Assembly (NCBI GenBank): GCA_963422645.2
Contig: CAXXVO010000004.1
Location: 64,001 to 128,000, forward strand
Length of the DNA stretch: 64,000 nt
Source of the DNA: Alphaproteobacteria bacterium
GTDB lineage: Bacteria > Pseudomonadota > Alphaproteobacteria > UBA828
Direction: 5' to 3'
The notes under the pieces are model-generated. The model saw only the letters and a program-made list of their open reading frames with translations. It ran no database searches and had not been told where the DNA came from. Position 1 is the first letter of the stretch; every line of letters begins with the position of its first letter. This document shows, one piece after another, positions 9,899 to 20,120 of this stretch. The translations under genes were made by a program, and so were the position numbers.

Positions 9899-10921
9899 TC
9901 ACGCTGTCAATCCGTTGGCTCGCGCCTCGAGCAGGGCGCATCGTTCCATCAACATGTCGAACGACTCGTTGTCGTCGAGCAGCATGCCGTCCGCCAGCAT
10001 TCTCGCGTAGTCGTCCGCGAGCACGGCGTGGGCGGCGCCTTCGGGAACGAGCTGAAGGTGTCCCGAGACTGCCGCCTCATAGTCGATTCGTACGCCGCGG
10101 GCGTCGTTCTCGGCGAAGAACATCGCCTTGTGGCGGGCGACCGACAGCGCGAGGGCGCGGTCGGCGAACGCTTTTGCCGCGATCCCGGCCTCGTCGAGGC
10201 GCGCAAGATCATGCCAGTGCCTCGATAGACGCTCGCCGCGCCGGCGCTCCTGGCGGCAGAAGACATGGATGGCGGTCGCTTTTTCCCAGAAGGTCCGTTC
10301 CGCCAGCATGACGGTGGGGTGCGCTTCGGGAAACGCGAGACCGGGAAGATAGGCGGCCGCGTCGCACACAACGGGCCGGTTTGCGTGAGGCTCGCCCGTC
10401 GATCGGGCGCCGAACTCGACGATGACTTCCGGGGCGACAAAGCCGCTTGTCTCGAGCAACGGTTCATACGCAACGTAGAGACGCTCCGCTTCCACTCCGC
10501 ACGTTGCCACGAATCCGGCGTCGGAGAGACCTTCTTCGACAATGGGACAGGCCTCGTCGAGGACCCATTGTGAGAGGCGGGCACGGATGGCTCGCGTCCA
10601 GCTCTTCTCCTGGCTGCGCGTGGGCGGAAGCGCTTCGTCGCCGGCGCCGGAAACCAGATCCGGCGCAAACGCCCGGATATCGTAGGTAATGTCGAGGTCT
10701 TCCGAGAATCGGCGGATCACGCGCCACACCTTCGACAGCGACGTGCCGCCTTTGAAGATCAGATTCCCGGCGAACGGCGCATCGAAAAGGACGCCAAGGG
10801 TCGCGACGACCCAGACATCCTTCTCCAGAAGATGCGCCTTGTGGCTGCCGCTTCGCTCCGCCACCTCAAGAGCGTCGCGCCTGTCGTCGGGCGAGAGGTT
10901 CTGGAATCCCTGCTCAGCCAT
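9899..10921 (-). CDS. AbiEii/AbiGii-family nucleotidyltransferase toxin (type IV TA)
   Basis: LEKDVWV, FKGGTSLSK, RFSEDLD, ERTFWEK, SRHWHD motifs. Confidence 0.9.
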   Translation of the reverse strand: MAEQGFQNLSPDDRRDALEVAERSGSHKAHLLEKDVWVVATLGVLFDAPFAGNLIFKGGTSLSKVWRVIRRFSEDLDITYDIRAFAPDLVSGAGDEALPPTRSQEKSWTRAIRARLSQWVLDEACPIVEEGLSDAGFVATCGVEAERLYVAYEPLLETSGFVAPEVIVEFGARSTGEPHANRPVVCDAAAYLPGLAFPEAHPTVMLAERTFWEKATAIHVFCRQERRRGERLSRHWHDLARLDEAGIAAKAFADRALALSVARHKAMFFAENDARGVRIDYEAAVSGHLQLVPEGAAHAVLADDYARMLADGMLLDDNESFDMLMERCALLEARANGLTA

Positions 10922-11510
10922 GCGCAAGGCGCGCGCTCACCGGCTCCGCCATCCAGATCGGCATGATGGCCCGCGCGGCCGCGAGCTCTTCCCGGTCCGC
11001 CTCGGAGAGCGTCTTCAGAACCGCTTCCAGGCCATCCTCGACCTCTTCGGGACCGAGCCATGCGAGGGCGCGGATGACGTCGCCCGCCTTTCGGTGCGGC
11101 GCCGCCAGCTGCCAGCGCGGCGCGTGACGCAGCTCGACGATGGACGAGCCGAAGTGCAGCCGTCGGTTGGGACCGGAGGTGAGGTAGACCGCACGGACCG
11201 GATTCTGCGTGGTGAGGCGCAGGCAATTGGCCGCCGCGCCGCCGCACGGCACGATCGTTTCGCCCCACATCTGCGACAGCGCGGCGATCGCCTTGGCAAC
11301 CCGGGGCGCCCGAACGCCGAAGCGGGTCTCGATCGGGCGCATGTAGACGCCCTGGCAGATCCGCATGAGGTGGCCCGAGCGCGCGAGGCGCGACAAGGCC
11401 TGGTCGACGGCCGCCCGGTTGCCGAGGTGCAACAGGGCGGCCGGACACAGCGGCGTAGCCTCCGGCAGGGCTTCGGCGTGCTCCATGATGCGACGGGAAA
11501 GGCCGCGCAT
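10914..11510 (-). CDS. AbiEi-type antitoxin (DUF6088-like, wHTH)
   Basis: AVDQALSRLARSG..RICQGVY, GAAAANCLRLTTQNP...YLTSGP; overlaps the toxin start. Confidence 0.85.
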   Translation of the reverse strand: MRGLSRRIMEHAEALPEATPLCPAALLHLGNRAAVDQALSRLARSGHLMRICQGVYMRPIETRFGVRAPRVAKAIAALSQMWGETIVPCGGAAANCLRLTTQNPVRAVYLTSGPNRRLHFGSSIVELRHAPRWQLAAPHRKAGDVIRALAWLGPEEVEDGLEAVLKTLSEADREELAAARAIMPIWMAEPVSARLAHG

Positions 11511-11668
11511 GATCGTATCTCCATGCTCAATCTGTCAGAAATTTAGCGGCAAGACTATCGCGATGCAACGCCGGACACAATCAATTCCGAGCCCGCACGG
11601 AGGGATACGAAAGACGCGTCGCGTGCGTCGTGCCATCGCGCCGGAACCCCGGGGACGAGTCGTTCCGC

Positions 11669-12019
11669 CTACTCGGACCCTTGTTTCGGGCTGGATCCTG
11701 ACGCCGCCGCGTCCGGGGACGGCGATGGGTTGATGGTGGACCCGGGCACCAATGACGCAACGAACTGCAGGATTTCCTCGACCTCATCCTTGCGTCCGTC
11801 TGCAATGAGGCCGCGCCGAAGGACCTGGGCGGCGAACAGCGCGGCCTTTGCGACCTGGATATCGAGCTCGGTGCGCGGCCATTCGCGCCGGTCGAGGGCC
11901 TCCATGACGAGCTCGACCACGAGCCGGTTCGCAGAAATATCGCGGTCTTTCGCGATTTTTTCGATGCGCGCCCACTGCTCCGGCGTGACCCGGATGGTCC
12001 TCGTCAACGTATCCGCCAT
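11669..12019 (-). CDS. Small putative ribbon-helix-helix DNA-binding protein
   Basis: TRTIRVTPEQWARIEKIAKDRDISANRLVVELVMEAL has the beta-helix-helix RHH pattern. Confidence 0.55.
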   Translation of the reverse strand: MADTLTRTIRVTPEQWARIEKIAKDRDISANRLVVELVMEALDRREWPRTELDIQVAKAALFAAQVLRRGLIADGRKDEVEEILQFVASLVPGSTINPSPSPDAAASGSSPKQGSE

Positions 12020-12176
12020 CGCTTTCTCGAATTTTCTTACCCGACTTCGATCACGGTACGGTACGACAGCTTCGCCGGAATTCGTATCGATCGGTGCATC
12101 GTAAGCGGTGGCCTGACCCCATATCGGGATCGGGGTTGACTTCAGGGATATTGGAAGGGCGGCTTGAGCGCCGGCG

Positions 12177-13829
12177 TCAGCCGGGGTCGGTCGCGGGCTC
12201 GAAGTTCCAGGGCAGCAGTTCGTGGATCCGCGATTGCGGATGCCCCGCGGCGATCTTCTCCAGCGTGCTCTTGAGCCAGGCGTAGGGCTCGACGCCGTTC
12301 ATCTTGCAGGTCTCGATCAGCGAGGCGACGCGGCCCCACGCGGCAGCGCCTTCGTCATGGCCCGCGAACAGCGCGTTCTTCGCGGTCAGCTTCACCGGGC
12401 GAATGCGGTTCTCGACGAAGTTCGTGTCGATCTCGACGCGGCCGTCGTACAGGAACGCCAGCAGCCCGTCCCACTGGTTGGCGATGTAGGTCAGCTTCTC
12501 GCCGAGGCGCGAGCGCGGCGAGATCCGCGAGCGCTGCTCGTCGAGCCACACGCCGAAGCCGTTCACGAGCGGCGCCGATTCCGTCCAGCGGATTGCCTGG
12601 CGCGTCGCCGCCGGCTCGCCCCGGATCTTCTCCTCGATCGCATAGAGCCGCGCGATCCGTTGCAGACCGGCCTTCGCGATCGCGGACCCGCTTGAGTCGA
12701 ACACCTCCTTCAGCCCGCGCCTCGCGTGCGCCCAACAGGCGGTGAGCGTCAGCGCCCCGTCCGGCCGGTCCGACCGGCGCAGCCGGTTGTACCCGGAGTA
12801 GCCGTCGATCTGCAGCGTCCCCGAAAAACCCTCGAGAAGCTTCTCGCCATGCTTGCCGCCGCGGCCGGGCGCATAGGAATAGACGACGCCCGGCGGATCC
12901 GCGCCCGACCACGGCCGCTCGTCGCGCACCATCGTCCACATGTAGCCCGTCTTCGTCCTGCCCCGGCCCGGGTCGAGAACCCGAACCGTGGTCTCGTCCA
13001 TGCCCAGCTTCGCCGATGTCTTCAACGCCCTCGCCAGGCAGTCGACCACCGGCCGCAGGTGGAACGAGGCCCGGCCCACCCACGAGGCCAGCGTCGAACG
13101 GTGCAGCTCGACCCCGGAGCGCGCGTAAATCTGAGACTGCCGGTAGAGGGGAAGGTGGTCGCCGTATTTCGAGATCAGCACATGCGCCAGCAGGCCCTCG
13201 GTCGGAAGACCGCCCTCGATCAGCGACGCCGGAGCCGCAGCCTGCACCACCCCGCCGCCCTTGCACCTGTTGCAGGCATAGCGCGGGCGCACCGTCTCGA
13301 TCACCAGGAACCGCGCCGGCACGATGTCGAGCCGTTCGCTGCGGTCCTCGCCGATCTTCGCCATCTCGCCGCAACCGCAAGGGCAGAGCGTGCTCGCCGG
13401 CTCGATCACCTCCACCCGGCGCTCAAGCCGGGCCGGGAACCGTGCCCCGGGGCGCGCCGCCCGCCGCCGGCGGCGGGCCTCGGCCTCCCCGCCCTGTTCG
13501 TCCGCCGCCGGCTCGCCGCCGGCTTCCGCGACCGCCGTCCCAAGATCGTCGAACGACAGCTGCCGCTCGTCCTCGCCCAGCTTCTCCGACTTCCTGCCGA
13601 ACAGCGCCTTGCGAAGCTCGTCATTGAGATGCTCGAGGCGGCGGACCTGCTCCGCGATCTCCGCGTTCTCGGCCTCCAGCCGTGCCGCTAAGGCCTCCGC
13701 CGTCTCCCGTGCCGCCTCCGCCGCCCGGCGTGCGGCCCGTTCCCGCTCCAGAGCCGCGAGCGCCGCCGAAACCACCGCCGGCGGCGGCGAGCCAGCGGTG
13801 GCAGGGGCGATGGGCGTCGCGCTCGGCAT
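12177..13829 (-). CDS. tnpC: IS66 transposase TnpC
   Basis: FGRKSEK, CPCGC, KYGDHLPLYRQ, DETT, DGYSGY, CWAHARR, IDTNFVENRIR, ELLPW. Confidence 0.95.
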   Translation of the reverse strand: MPSATPIAPATAGSPPPAVVSAALAALERERAARRAAEAARETAEALAARLEAENAEIAEQVRRLEHLNDELRKALFGRKSEKLGEDERQLSFDDLGTAVAEAGGEPAADEQGGEAEARRRRRAARPGARFPARLERRVEVIEPASTLCPCGCGEMAKIGEDRSERLDIVPARFLVIETVRPRYACNRCKGGGVVQAAAPASLIEGGLPTEGLLAHVLISKYGDHLPLYRQSQIYARSGVELHRSTLASWVGRASFHLRPVVDCLARALKTSAKLGMDETTVRVLDPGRGRTKTGYMWTMVRDERPWSGADPPGVVYSYAPGRGGKHGEKLLEGFSGTLQIDGYSGYNRLRRSDRPDGALTLTACWAHARRGLKEVFDSSGSAIAKAGLQRIARLYAIEEKIRGEPAATRQAIRWTESAPLVNGFGVWLDEQRSRISPRSRLGEKLTYIANQWDGLLAFLYDGRVEIDTNFVENRIRPVKLTAKNALFAGHDEGAAAWGRVASLIETCKMNGVEPYAWLKSTLEKIAAGHPQSRIHELLPWNFEPATDPG

Positions 13830-13886
13830 GACCCCGATATGGGGCGAATCGCCGCCCCGGCGCCACCGAATAATCCCGGCCGCGCA

Positions 13887-14237
13887 TCATTCCGCCGCCA
13901 GCGGGCGGCGAACCGGCCGTGCCCGCACGAGGCGCCAGTCCAGACCCTCGAACAACGCCTCGAACTGGCCCTTGCTGAGCCGTATCATCCCGTCCTCGAT
14001 CCCGGGCCAGGCGAAGCGGCCCTGCTCCAGGCGCTTGTAGATCAGAACCAACCCGGTCCCGTCCCACGCCAGCATCTTCAGCCGGTCGCCCCGCTTCGAG
14101 CGGAAGATCACGATCACCCCGGACCAGATGTCCAGGCCGAGCTCGCCCGCCGCCGTCGCCGCAAGCGCGTCGTGGCCGCGGCGAAAATCCACCGGGCGCG
14201 TCGCCACCACGATGCGGACCGACGGATCGGGAAGCAT
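13887..14237 (-). CDS. tnpB: IS66 accessory protein TnpB
   Basis: PVDFRRGHDAL, FRSKRGDRLKMLAWDGTG...KRLEQGRFAWP. Confidence 0.93.
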   Translation of the reverse strand: MLPDPSVRIVVATRPVDFRRGHDALAATAAGELGLDIWSGVIVIFRSKRGDRLKMLAWDGTGLVLIYKRLEQGRFAWPGIEDGMIRLSKGQFEALFEGLDWRLVRARPVRRPLAAE

Positions 14238-14379
14238 CACCAGGCCCGCCCAAGCCCCGAGGCGACGGCCACGATCCGCTCCGCCGGGCTGTCCCCGGGA
14301 AGGCGCACCACAACGCCGCATGCCTCGATCGTCACCGCCCGCTCCGACGCCGCATCCTCGACCACAACCGGGACAAAAC

Positions 14380-14715
14380 AGTCATGGTCCCCGCGGTTCT
14401 GAGCCACCCCGTGGCATGAAACAGGAGCGGTTCGGCTGACGTTTTCCTTGCGCTTGCACCCATTTGCCGTGTCAGGATGGGTATTGGCGGAGGTGGGGAC
14501 GTGTGAGCGTCGTTATATCGGTGACGTAGTTCCCGATGACAAAACTGCTTCCGGCGGCCGGCTCCGCACCCCGTATTGTACCCGGCCCGTGGCCGTGGAC
14601 GCGCGGCAAATTGCACCGCACCCGCTCGTCGGATGCGTGTTCTTCCGACCGCTGTCCCCGCCTCCACCGTGGCGATGCCACGGCGTGATCGTACGCCGCC
14701 GTGGCGAGAGCGCAA
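14380..14715 (+). ncRNA. Candidate IS110 bridge RNA region
   Basis: Long non-coding left end with motifs matching the element end (CGGCAAA 14604-14610) and the target core (GACAAAA 14538-14544). RNA limits are not determinable from sequence. Confidence 0.5.
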
Positions 14716-14730
14716 ATGAGGAGGAAGGCG

Positions 14731-15981
14731 ATGAAGACGGAAGGCTTGCACGTCGTCCGGCCGCGCGCGGCGGGTCTGGACGTGCACAAGATGGAGATCA
14801 CCGCGACGGTTCGCCTCTGTGAGGGCGAGGGTGAGCCGGTGGTGGAGACGCGCTGCTTCGGCACGCTGCCGAGCGGTCTGGAGGAGATGGTCGCGTGGCT
14901 GACCGGTCACGGCGTCGAGGCTGCGGTGATGGAAGGGACCGGGGTCTACTGGCAGGCGCCCTTCGCGGCCCTGGAGGCGGCCGGGCTCGAGGCGATCCTG
15001 GTGCATGCGCGTCAGGTGAAGCAGTTGAAGGGGCGCAAGACCGACGTGGCGGACAGCGTGTGGCTGGCCTGCGTGTGCCAGTTCGGGCTCTGCACGCCTT
15101 CCCACGTTCCGCCTGAGCCGTTCCGGGAGCTGCGCGCACTGAGCCGCCAGCGCCGCGTCCTGGTCAGGCAGCGCTCCGCCGTGCGCAACCGCGTGCAGAA
15201 GATCATCGACCGCGCCGGTGCGCGCATCGGCGGCATCCTCTCCGACGTCTTCGGCGTCAACGGCCGGAAGATCCTCGACGGCCTGGCGCAGGGGACGGCG
15301 CGCGAGGTCATCCTCGCCTCGCTCACCAGCCACGTTGCGAACAAGCTGGAGGGGCTCGGCGAGGCGCTCACCCTGAGCCTGGGCGACAACGACCGCTTCA
15401 TGCTCAACGACCTGCTGGAGGAGCATGACGCGCTTGAGGCGCGCATCGCGTCCTACACCAGGAAGATCGACGGGCAGATGACACCGTGGGAGGAGCAGCT
15501 CCGTCTGCTGACCACCATCCCCGGCATCGACCGCACCGCCGCCTCGACCATCCTCATCGAGATCGGCCCCGACATCGGCGTGTTCGCCTCCAAGGAGCAC
15601 TTCGCCGCCTGGGCCGGGCTCTGCCCCGGCAACAACGAGAGCGGGGGCAAGCGCCGCAACGCACGCACCCGCATGGGCTCCAAGACCCTGCGCGCCTGCC
15701 TCGTCGAGTGTGCCCACGGCGCGGCCCGAACCAAGGGGTGCCAGTTCGAGGCTCATCACCGCGCCCTCGCCGCCCGGCGCGGCTACAAGCGCGCCATCGT
15801 CGCCGGCGCTCACAAGATGCTGCGCATCATCTATGTGGTGCTCAAGACCGGCAGGCCCTACTACGACCGCACGGCCGACTACGACGCTCTGATGGTCAAG
15901 CGCAACGCTCCTCGGTGGATCCGCATGCTCCGCCGCTACGGCTACATCGAGCCCGTAGGCGCGGAACTCAAGGCCGCCTGA
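14731..15981 (+). CDS. IS110 recombinase (DEDD RuvC + Tnp domain)
   Basis: GLDVHK, MEGTGVYW, KTDVAD, TIPGID, NNESGGK; GAGGAGG RBS before ATG 14731. Confidence 0.95.
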   Translation: MKTEGLHVVRPRAAGLDVHKMEITATVRLCEGEGEPVVETRCFGTLPSGLEEMVAWLTGHGVEAAVMEGTGVYWQAPFAALEAAGLEAILVHARQVKQLKGRKTDVADSVWLACVCQFGLCTPSHVPPEPFRELRALSRQRRVLVRQRSAVRNRVQKIIDRAGARIGGILSDVFGVNGRKILDGLAQGTAREVILASLTSHVANKLEGLGEALTLSLGDNDRFMLNDLLEEHDALEARIASYTRKIDGQMTPWEEQLRLLTTIPGIDRTAASTILIEIGPDIGVFASKEHFAAWAGLCPGNNESGGKRRNARTRMGSKTLRACLVECAHGAARTKGCQFEAHHRALAARRGYKRAIVAGAHKMLRIIYVVLKTGRPYYDRTADYDALMVKRNAPRWIRMLRRYGYIEPVGAELKAA

Positions 15982-16591
15982 GCGGCCCGCATCTCGTCAG
16001 CCGGCTACGCGGGACCGCTTCGGACCACATCGGGGAAGTCCACCGCTCGTCTCCGCCGCGCCGACCCTGGCGGTCTCAGCCAACGCCGTGACCTCGGGGT
16101 TGGAGCGTCACCGCGCGTCCCTCGCCAGAATCTGTTTCACGGCAAAGGCGGCGCGGCGCCCGCCGTCACCGCCGGGAGAAACCCCTCCCGCGCCCGACGC
16201 CGCCACCGGCTGAGGCTCCACGTGGCGATGCCGTGGCGGGCCGCAACCCCAACCACCGTCGCACCCGGCTCATGGCTCTCCGCGACAATCCGCGCCTGCT
16301 CGGCGCTCGACCAACGACGCCGAGTGACGCGGCGCCCAGAGGCCCGGGCCTCCGGCGCCCCAGCCCCGTCAACCGCACAACCGCCGCCGCCCGCCGTCAA
16401 GCCAAAATCGGTCATCCCGATCCCTCCTCCAAGCCTCGTTGCCAAGGCGTAAAGTCAGACCGAAAAGAAGACCCGGCGAAAGTATGGGGCGCGCTAACCG
16501 CTTACGGTATTCCCGCGCCTTTAGAGGTGTGCAATAGGTTGCCGGCCGCAACGCGGGCGCAGGAAGCGATTCGGCAAGTAGGAGGAGTTCA

Positions 16592-19330
16592 ATGCCTGAC
16601 AAGCGCGCAGGTCGGCGCAGCCGTCGCCGGTCCGGGGCTCCGGCCCCGGTGTTCCGGGGCTGGCTCTCGACCGACGAGGAGGAGATCAAGCGGCGGCAAT
16701 GGCGCGGCCGAACGGAGATCTCGGAAGTCCGCGCCGTCGACGAGGACAACTCGCCCTTCTGCGATTACACGGTGGCCTCCTCCAGCGGGACTTCATACAG
16801 GGTGGAAATCCGCAGCATCGGGGAACGCATCAACACCTGCGGCTGCCGGGACCATCAGACCAACCGGCTCGGCACGTGCAAGCATATCGAAGGCGTGCTG
16901 CGACGTTTGCGGCGTGTAGGTTCGAACAAGTCCAGCGGCCGCATCGAGATATTTCTGGACGAGCGTGACGATCGGACCCTGCGCCTCTCGGTGCCGGACA
17001 GCGTAGCGGGAGAAAACCTCGCGCTGGCGGCTGACGTCGAGAGGCTGTTCGGTGAACTGCAGAAAGGCTCCGGGGACGCCCTTGCGGGATTGCACCGCTT
17101 GGCAGGGGAAGACGCGCGCTCCATGCGCGTTTCGCACCTCCTGGAGAAGTGGGCCGCCGCCCTCCGGACGGAGAGCGAGCACCGACTTGAGCGCGCCCGC
17201 TTCGAGGAGGATCTCAAGGCGGGGCGCCGCTCGATGGACATCCTCAAGCTCCCGCTTCTGCCCTACCAGACCGAGGGGGCTCTGCACCTGGCCTTCGGCG
17301 GGCGTGCGCTGCTGGCGGACGACATGGGCCTCGGCAAGACCGTGCAGGCCATCGCCGCCTGCGCCCTGCTTCGCGAGCTGCGCGGGATCGAACGGGTCCT
17401 CGTCGTCTCGCCCGCCTCGCTCAAGGCGGAGTGGCAGGAGCAGATCGCCCGCTTTTCCGACCTGTCGGCGACCGCGGTTTACGGCAACGTCCCTGCTCGT
17501 CGTGCCGCCTATGCCGAGGGCTCGTTCTTCACTCTGTGCAACTACGAGCAGGTGGTGGCGGACGGCTGCGACATGATCGATGCCGTCGCGCCCGACGTTG
17601 CGATCCTCGACGAGGCGCAGCGCATCAAGAACTGGCAGACCAAGACCGCGAATGCGGTCAAGAAGATGGAGAGCCGGTACGCCTTCGTGCTCACCGGGAC
17701 GCCGATCGAGAACCGGATCGACGAGGTCTATTCGATCGTCCTGTTTCTCGATCCGGAGCTTCTGGGCCCGCTCTTTCGCTTCAACCGGGAGTACTACGTT
17801 CTGGACGACAGGGGCCGTCCTACGGGCTTCAGGAACCTGGAGGGGCTCTCCGACCGGATCTCCAATGTCATGCTCCGCCGCCGCAAGGACGATGTGGAGA
17901 CGCAGCTTCCCGCGCGCACGAGCAAGACCTTCTTCGTTCCGATGACCGAGGCGCAGACCGAGGTCTACGAGGACTACGAGTATCTGGCGAGGAGGCTGGC
18001 CTCGATCGCCGCGCGGCGGCCGCTGACGGCCGAAGAGTTCCAGATGCTGCAAAAGTTTCTCGCCTGCATGCGCATGGTCTGCGACACGCTCCACATCCTG
18101 GGTGCGGAGCAGGACATCTGCCCCAAGATGGAGGAGATCGAGAAGCTGGTGCCCGACATCCTGGACGATCCAGAGTGCAAGATCATCGTCTTCTCCGAGT
18201 GGGTGCGCATGCTGGAGCTGGTTCGCGCGTTTGCGGTCGAGGTCGGCATTGAGTTTGCCTGGCACACGGGCAGCGTCCCGCAGCCCCGACGGCGCGACGA
18301 GATTCGCAGGTTCCGCGAGGACCCGGCCTGCCGCCTGTTCCTGTCCTCGGACTCCGGCAGCGTCGGGCTCAATCTCCAGGTCGCCGATACCGTGATCAAC
18401 ATGGACCAGCCCTGGAACCCCGCCAAGCTGGATCAGCGGATCGCGCGGGCCTGGCGCAAGCACCAGCAGCGCACCGTGAGGGTGTTCAACCTGGTGAGCG
18501 AGGGGACGATCGAGCACAGGATGCTGGGGCTGCTGGACGCAAAGAGGACCTTGGCCGAGGGTGTGCTCGACCGGCGCGGCGACCTTGCCGATATCCCACT
18601 GCCCACGAGCCGGGCGGCGTTCATGGAACGCCTGAACGCCGTCCTGGGCACGGACGAGGCGGAGGCGCCGTCGACGGCCGCAGCTTCGATCTCTCCGCTG
18701 GAAGCGCTGCGGGATCGCCTGATCGCCGACCATGGCGCTGCCTTTCAGCGATTGTTCGGGCACGAGAGCGGGGCGGCGGCACTGGCGGTGATCGACCTGG
18801 CGCCCGAGCGGATGAGCGATGAAGAGGAGCGTCTGGCGGGAGTATCGGAGTTGGCGGTCACGGTAATCGATCCCGCGACCCACGACTCGATGCTGCGGCT
18901 GGCGAAGTCGGGTCTGATTACCTTGCCGACCGACACGATGAGCGCGATCTATCCCATGCCGGGGGAACGAGAGGGCAGGGACGTGAGCGCGGGGCTGCTT
19001 CGGGCCCGGTCGCTGGCAGAACGTGCCGATCACAAGCTCAAGGCGGCGCGGCTGCTGGTCGGCGGGGGCTTCGCCGAGGAAGCGCGCGCGCCGGCCGTCG
19101 ACGCGATCTGCCTGACCACCGGCTGCCTGGCAGCCGTGGCGGCGGAAGCGGAGCCCGAAGGCGCCGACGAGGCGGCCGCCTTTCTGGCCGAGCGGGACCC
19201 GGCAAGCGATCTCGGTGGCGCGACGCTCGACGCGGTGAGAGTCCTCTCCGGCGATGCCGGGGAGACGGATTCTGTCGAAACTGCTACCGCATTCCTGGAC
19301 CAGGTGTCGAAGCGGATTGAGGAGATGTGA
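16592..19330 (+). CDS. SWIM zinc finger + SNF2-family helicase
   Basis: CGCRDH...TCKHIE (SWIM), LADDMGLGKT, DEAQ, LTGTPIEN, GLNLQ, WNPAKLDQRIARAWR; AGGAGG RBS. Confidence 0.92.
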   Translation: MPDKRAGRRSRRRSGAPAPVFRGWLSTDEEEIKRRQWRGRTEISEVRAVDEDNSPFCDYTVASSSGTSYRVEIRSIGERINTCGCRDHQTNRLGTCKHIEGVLRRLRRVGSNKSSGRIEIFLDERDDRTLRLSVPDSVAGENLALAADVERLFGELQKGSGDALAGLHRLAGEDARSMRVSHLLEKWAAALRTESEHRLERARFEEDLKAGRRSMDILKLPLLPYQTEGALHLAFGGRALLADDMGLGKTVQAIAACALLRELRGIERVLVVSPASLKAEWQEQIARFSDLSATAVYGNVPARRAAYAEGSFFTLCNYEQVVADGCDMIDAVAPDVAILDEAQRIKNWQTKTANAVKKMESRYAFVLTGTPIENRIDEVYSIVLFLDPELLGPLFRFNREYYVLDDRGRPTGFRNLEGLSDRISNVMLRRRKDDVETQLPARTSKTFFVPMTEAQTEVYEDYEYLARRLASIAARRPLTAEEFQMLQKFLACMRMVCDTLHILGAEQDICPKMEEIEKLVPDILDDPECKIIVFSEWVRMLELVRAFAVEVGIEFAWHTGSVPQPRRRDEIRRFREDPACRLFLSSDSGSVGLNLQVADTVINMDQPWNPAKLDQRIARAWRKHQQRTVRVFNLVSEGTIEHRMLGLLDAKRTLAEGVLDRRGDLADIPLPTSRAAFMERLNAVLGTDEAEAPSTAAASISPLEALRDRLIADHGAAFQRLFGHESGAAALAVIDLAPERMSDEEERLAGVSELAVTVIDPATHDSMLRLAKSGLITLPTDTMSAIYPMPGEREGRDVSAGLLRARSLAERADHKLKAARLLVGGGFAEEARAPAVDAICLTTGCLAAVAAEAEPEGADEAAAFLAERDPASDLGGATLDAVRVLSGDAGETDSVETATAFLDQVSKRIEEM

Positions 19331-20120
19331 CAACACCGGCAACGCCGCTCAGGGAGGGGTAAACTCCGGACGCGGAGTCACAGCCGAAAACGAGGCGGGC
19401 CTTCGCCGCTGTGCCCTCAAGCGAGAACGCAACCGGCGGGTGCGCCAGTGGCTAGTTCCCGCTCTCCCGGATGAGCCGCTCACCCTTGCACAACAGCAGG
19501 CTGGCGATCCCGCCATCGGGATCGAAACATGTCAGCCGCTGCCACGCGGTCTTGGCCCCGGGGCCGGTCTCGCCCAAGCCGCACGCGTAAACAACCTCGA
19601 TCGGGCCGGCGCCGGCGTGCCGGCCGAGAGGCCGTCCGCACGTGCCGTTGCCGGCGCAGGCTCCAGCGCCGAACGCTCCACGTCGAGAGCGCTGGCCTCT
19701 TCGCGCTGCGCCGACATGAGGTCTGCGACGCTGTCGTCCGAGGCGAGAAAGGCGTCTCCTTCACCCCCGGTCCCTTCCTGAGCTGCACCACAGCCGCCGC
19801 AGGACCGTCCGCTACCTCCATCGCTGCCGGTTGGCCAATCAAAACGGACCATCGGCATTGAACCTGCCCAACCCTTAACATTGGCGCAGGAGTTCTCCCT
19901 TGTGCGGCACGCGGGAACGCCGCACGTGGAACGGCTCTGGAATTGGAGTGCGGGACTTGTAGTCGACCATCCTGGATATCACTATTGGATCGTCATTCGG
20001 TGGTGCTCATAGAGCAGCGCAAGACGGGAGGGCAAGTCAATCGAAGAGTTCTACACGGATATCCGCGATGCGACCGAGTTCGATGAACGGCTGGAAGCTC
20101 TTGCCGGCCTGATCGCCTCG

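Larger units (their letters stand above)
14373..16146 (+). mobile_element. IS110-family element, copy 1 (1774 bp)
   Basis: Limits defined by shared sequence with the copy at 23685-25458; no terminal IRs. Confidence 0.92.
14237..16415 (-). pseudogene. tnpA: IS66 tnpA split by IS110 (pieces ~16147-16415 and ~14237-14376)
   Basis: RRRWSSAEQARIVAES...VAARHGI..LSRWRR on one side, FVPVVVED...IEACGVVVRL on the other. Confidence 0.85.
12101..16505 (-). mobile_element. Classic three-gene IS66 (tnpA-tnpB-tnpC) interrupted by IS110
   Basis: IRs GTAAGCGGTGGCCTGACCCCATA (12101) and the reverse complement of GTAAGCGGTTAGCGCGCCCCATA (ends 16505). Confidence 0.9.

Noticed and set aside
12020-12100. oriT next to the RHH gene
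   Set aside because: No recognisable nic motif and no relaxase in the window.
13887-14237. TnpB as an RNA-guided nuclease
   Set aside because: This is the small IS66 accessory TnpB, unrelated to IS200/IS605 TnpB.
19340-20010. ORFs 19480-19881 and 19532-19858
   Set aside because: No recognisable motif or convincing RBS; left unannotated.
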